Positions 60,460-64,000 of a stretch of 64,000 bases of DNA are shown in pieces; position 1 is the first letter of the stretch; each line of letters starts with the position of its first letter. The stretch lies in the NCBI GenBank assembly GCA_963828125.1, contig CAWHDP010000001.1, positions 320,001-384,000 of the forward strand, given 5' to 3'. Both the position numbers and the translations under genes were made by a program. The DNA comes from an uncultured Chlamydiae bacterium (GTDB taxonomy: Bacteria > Chlamydiota > Chlamydiia > Chlamydiales > SM23-39). Under the pieces are notes generated by a model that was not told the DNA's origin, ran no database searches, and was given only the letters and a program-made list of their open reading frames with translations.

Positions 60460-60720
60460 ATGATCGATCAAAATAAAGAAAAAATTTTCATTCGCTTAGC
60501 TTCCAAGGATGACTTTTCTGCGATTCAGACTCTCATGAAGGAGTCTATGCAGGTCTTGGGACAGGGCCATTACTCTACGCAACAAATTCAATCTTGTTGT
60601 CAATACGTATGTGTTCCAGATCTTCGGCTCATTGAAGATCAAACATTCTTTGTAGTCACTACTGGCCCTGAGAAAACAATTGTTGGCTGCGGGGGCTGGA
60701 GTTTCCGAAAAACCCTTTAA
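60460..60720 (+). pseudogene. Truncated GNAT acetyltransferase
   Basis: IRLA...LIEDQTFFVV...IVGCGGWS, stops before motif A, 18 bp from the IS end. Confidence 0.8.
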
Positions 60721-60904
60721 TGAAAAGGTAAATAGATGGCAACTGCTCATAAAACTGAGGTAATCACCCCGAAGCGGGGCCCCGATTACCTCGATTTCAT
60801 GGGCACTGTTTTTCACCGTCTAATCTGTGTTCGTTGAATAAAAAATTTAGGTGATTGTTTTCTAAACATTTGCTATTGTATCCAGCCATACAAGGCATGC
60901 ACAA

Positions 60905-62761
60905 ATGCAAGATTCCTCAAAAGTTCAAATTTCCTCTTCTCTTATCGATCAGCTTTCTAACGAAAACTTCCAACTCCGTCAACAAATTGATACAATGACC
61001 AATGCCTTGGCTGCACAAAAAGAACTGATCCAGCAACTCAAAGATGAAATTGCTCGCCTCAAAGGACAGAAGCCAAAACCGGACATTCCCCCCAATAACC
61101 TGGAAGGGAAAAAGAACAAGCCCGATCTATATAAACGAATTAGCCTCATCGATGTCCACGAGATGCGCGTTTTGTTCATTTCACCCGCGCAATTCACAAC
61201 GAGTTTTGATGTTTCATTGTCGTCTCGCGATTTTTTCATAATCACTTCACCTTTGTTGCAAGAACGAACAGTTGAACTTTCTCGATTAGCTAGACTGATG
61301 ATCAAAAATATTAGGAGAATTGGAAAACCTGGGCAACCAAGAGGCAAGAAACGTAAAAAGAAAAAAACAGTACTAGAAATCCACACCAAATTGGAAATTC
61401 AGCCTGAAAATATTCCGGATGGCGCTAAATTCAAAGGTTATTGCCATTATACAGTGCAAGACATCCTCCTTAAACCACACAATATCCAATACAAATTGGC
61501 TCGATGGGAACTACCTGATGGCACTTACGTAACAGGGCAACTCCCTAAAGATATCCATGGGCACTATGGCCCAGAATTGGTGACTTACATCCTTCACCAA
61601 TACCATGCTTGCCGTGTTACAGAGCATCTTCTATTAGACCAGCTACGCGCTATCGGTATTTTGATTTCCGCAGGCCAACTGAACAATATTTTAATTGAGA
61701 ACAAGAACCCTTTCATTGAAGAAGCTGCAGAGCTAATGCTTGCTGCCACAAGTGTAGAAAACCAGGTGCAAGTGGACGATACAGGCGGTCGGCATAATGG
61801 GCAAAATCAGTACACAACGGTCATAGGGAATCGTTGGTTCAGTATTTTTACAACGACAGAAAGTAAGAGCCGGAAAAATTTTCTCCAATTGCTTCAAAAT
61901 GGAAAAGAAGAATATGTGATCAATCAAGATACCCTGGAATATCTGTCACATGTGAACGTTGCTGAGTATCTGCCTGGCTATGTCTCTCTGTCCTTAAATA
62001 GCAAATTTGCAACACTCGCAGAATGGGAGCAATTTTTAAGGGAACGTAATGTTACGAAGGAATCAGAAGTTCGTTTTCTCACAGAAGCAGCTTTGTATGC
62101 ATCTGTGATACAAAATGGAATCTCACGCGAACTGGGTGTGCATAGTGATGATGCAGGGCAGTTTTATGTATTTCAACATTCGCTATGCTGGATTCATGAA
62201 GATAGGCACTATAGAAAGCTCCTCATGACAACTGACAAGTCTCGATCTGAATTGGAACAAGTCAGAGAGCAAATATGGGATATCTATCAAGACCTTAAAA
62301 CCTATAAAGAATCACCCTCTCAAGAAGTTGCAGAGAGCATAAGCAAAAAATTTGATGCCATTTTTCAGCAGAAAACGTCCAGTCCTACCTTGAATCACCA
62401 ACTGGAGAAAACTCGTGACAAAAAGCAAGAACTACTTATGGTTCTGCGGAGGCCGGAGACGCCTTTGCATAATAACAGTTCGGAAACATGTGCCCGTGCG
62501 GCAAAAATAAAGCTGAAAATTTCTGGGGGAACTCGTAGTGAAATGGGGCAGAAAGTTAGAGACACCTTTTTAAGTCTAAAACAGACATGCCGAAAACTCG
62601 AGATCAATTTTTTGTCCTTTTTACAGGACAGAGTACGTGGGAAATATGCGATTCCTCGTTTAGCAACCGTGATTTTTGACCGAGCGCTAGCGGCTGCTGC
62701 AGACCCACCCGCACGAAACTCAAATGAAGCTGTAGAACATTGTTTGCCTCTCGTTGGGTAA
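60905..62761 (+). CDS. IS66-family transposase
   Basis: N-terminal coiled coil, VDDTG, SDDAGQF, LCWIH, PLHNNSSE, KISGGTRS, TCRKL. Confidence 0.92.
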   Translation: MQDSSKVQISSSLIDQLSNENFQLRQQIDTMTNALAAQKELIQQLKDEIARLKGQKPKPDIPPNNLEGKKNKPDLYKRISLIDVHEMRVLFISPAQFTTSFDVSLSSRDFFIITSPLLQERTVELSRLARLMIKNIRRIGKPGQPRGKKRKKKKTVLEIHTKLEIQPENIPDGAKFKGYCHYTVQDILLKPHNIQYKLARWELPDGTYVTGQLPKDIHGHYGPELVTYILHQYHACRVTEHLLLDQLRAIGILISAGQLNNILIENKNPFIEEAAELMLAATSVENQVQVDDTGGRHNGQNQYTTVIGNRWFSIFTTTESKSRKNFLQLLQNGKEEYVINQDTLEYLSHVNVAEYLPGYVSLSLNSKFATLAEWEQFLRERNVTKESEVRFLTEAALYASVIQNGISRELGVHSDDAGQFYVFQHSLCWIHEDRHYRKLLMTTDKSRSELEQVREQIWDIYQDLKTYKESPSQEVAESISKKFDAIFQQKTSSPTLNHQLEKTRDKKQELLMVLRRPETPLHNNSSETCARAAKIKLKISGGTRSEMGQKVRDTFLSLKQTCRKLEINFLSFLQDRVRGKYAIPRLATVIFDRALAAAADPPARNSNEAVEHCLPLVG

Positions 62762-62851
62762 TTCGCTGCCAGGAGAAATCACATTGCAAGATGCTTGCCT
62801 CCTGGGCTAGAATAATCCAGTTTTAGCAAGCTTTCAGAAGCGAATTAGAAA

Positions 62852-63328
62852 ATGTGTAAATGTAAAACAAGTTGTTCCACATATCGATGCGATTGTCTAA
62901 AAAACGGTCAAGGATGTACTGAGAAATGTCGTTGTGTTAATTGCCATAACCCTCTGAATGGACAAGACACGGAACATCTGGCATTGTGTGCTATACAAAA
63001 TATTCGTATCGTCAAAGACCTTAAAGATAAAGAATTATCCAAAGAAATACTACTGCCGTGTGAATGCGAAAGCGTTCCCTTGAAATCCTTGCTGGGAGAA
63101 TATGACTGTTCTAAATGCCAAGAAACTTATTGGTTTTCTTTTTGCTGGAACGATGTAGCTGCAGACAATTGTAGTTGGCATTGTGAGATTTGCAAAACAT
63201 GTAGAGATTGGAGAGAGTGGCATTGTGACAAATGCAATAGGTGTACTTATGGTGTGTCACTTCCTTGTGAACATTGCGGCAAAAGGGTCCATATGCAGAT
63301 TGGTAACCGAGTCCCATTTCTGGAGTGA
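62852..63328 (+). CDS. Cysteine-rich multi-zinc-finger protein (24 Cys in 158 aa) with an N-terminal CXC-like cluster
   Basis: [50 protein letters not shown]; stop lies inside the right TIR. Confidence 0.85.
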   Translation: MCKCKTSCSTYRCDCLKNGQGCTEKCRCVNCHNPLNGQDTEHLALCAIQNIRIVKDLKDKELSKEILLPCECESVPLKSLLGEYDCSKCQETYWFSFCWNDVAADNCSWHCEICKTCRDWREWHCDKCNRCTYGVSLPCEHCGKRVHMQIGNRVPFLE

Positions 63329-63353
63329 TTACCTCAATTTTATGAGCACTTGC

Positions 63354-63422
63354 AATTTTTCCATCCTGAATAAGCCAGTATATAGTTGTATAGATGGGAG
63401 GGTTTTCATTGTTTTTTGGCAT
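63354..63422 (-). pseudogene. 5' stub of a probable immunity gene cut by the IS66 end
   Basis: AGGAG RBS plus ATG 8 bp after the toxin-like stop; MPKNNENPPIYTTIYWLIQDGKI. Confidence 0.4.
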
Positions 63423-63430
63423 TTCAGCTC

Positions 63431-63583
63431 CTATTTGCCTGTGGGAATTTCATCGGCTCTTGGTTCTCTAACGTTGGGATTTCCTGGTCTTGGACCACTA
63501 GGAGATGGATTGTTTTTATTTTCTTTCACATTTGGTCTAGGTATGGGCCCATGCGGCTTGCCAGATCCTCGATACTGTTTCCA
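63431..63583 (-). pseudogene. Polymorphic toxin C-terminal remnant (Ntox24-like)
   Basis: KQYRGSGKPHGPIPRPNVKE...VREPRADEIP. Confidence 0.5.
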
Positions 63584-63926
63584 TCTTGGTTTTTCATGAG
63601 TTGGGAGTCTCATTGCTTGAGCTTTGTAAAATTCGGGATTTGGAAATGCTGCAAGGCGCATTCACCGATTCCTTAACCAGGGAGATAGCCCATTTTTGGG
63701 GATGTAGATCTCATTTCCAACAACGATTTCCAAACTTTCTGGCAGGTCAATACTGGCAGGGACTGTTTTGTTGTGAGTAAATGGTCTATTCCATGGAGTA
63801 ATATCGTCTTCCTCGCTCACCCTGAGATGCATTCCAACGACGCGGCCCTTCCTTTCAGCAAGCGAGACAATCGTCTCGGCTTCCTGACGAGAAATCTTTC
63901 GTAATCCCGACAGGAATGCCCATTGA
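63584..63926 (-). pseudogene. Fragment of an AEP-primase/SF2-helicase (TOTE-type) gene, frameshifted
   Basis: Own translation: QWAFLSGLRKIS...PW...EIYIPK[fs]LSPWLRNR*MRLAAFPNPEFYKAQAMRLPTHEKPR. Confidence 0.7.
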
Positions 63927-64000
63927 TGTCAAGCGACACCAGAAAGTGACCCACCGGCGACATTGAAAAGTGACCCACCCCCAATCTTTTCTTTAATGAC
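63927..64000 (+). mobile_element. IS21-family element end, runs out of the window
   Basis: TG terminus with tandem GCGACA..AAAGTGACCCACC repeats. Confidence 0.8.

Larger units (their letters stand above)
60739..63353 (+). mobile_element. IS66-family (single-ORF, ISBst12-like) element with a passenger gene
   Basis: Imperfect 52-bp TIRs starting GCAACTGCTCATAAAACTGAGGTAATCAC / GCAAGTGCTCATAAAATTGAGGTAATCAC; no target duplication seen. Confidence 0.85.

Overview
This window most likely comes from an environmental Chlamydiota genome, inferred from gene content and chlamydia-type conserved hypotheticals. 1-43 kb is mostly housekeeping: a bioBFDA operon plus a ferritin-like diiron gene (BioE-like), cyoABCDE, transporters, cyclophilin, manA, a ROK kinase and oppA. 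AT-rich effector-like inserts punctuate it, including an autotransporter with an 8-repeat passenger, a shortened Rhs/barnase-like toxin with barstar, and a 2.4-kb tandem duplication of an ankyrin-like/Fido-like gene whose two copies differ almost only by amino-acid-changing substitutions. 44.7-64 kb is a decaying mobile/conflict region with Fic, two SNF2 gene pairs, an internally deleted AAA-PD(D/E)XK gene, ISKra4/ISAs1/IS21 remnants, and toxin and helicase fragments. It also holds an IS66-family element whose inverted repeats enclose a 24-Cys passenger gene with a eukaryote-like CXC zinc cluster. At least five families of short palindromic/MITE-like repeats are dispersed through the window, sometimes nested, and supply the stop codons of three genes. 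An NCS2 permease, truncated in the ORF track, has a full-length open frame and probably starts at CTG. All family assignments come from motif recognition by eye; no searches were run.
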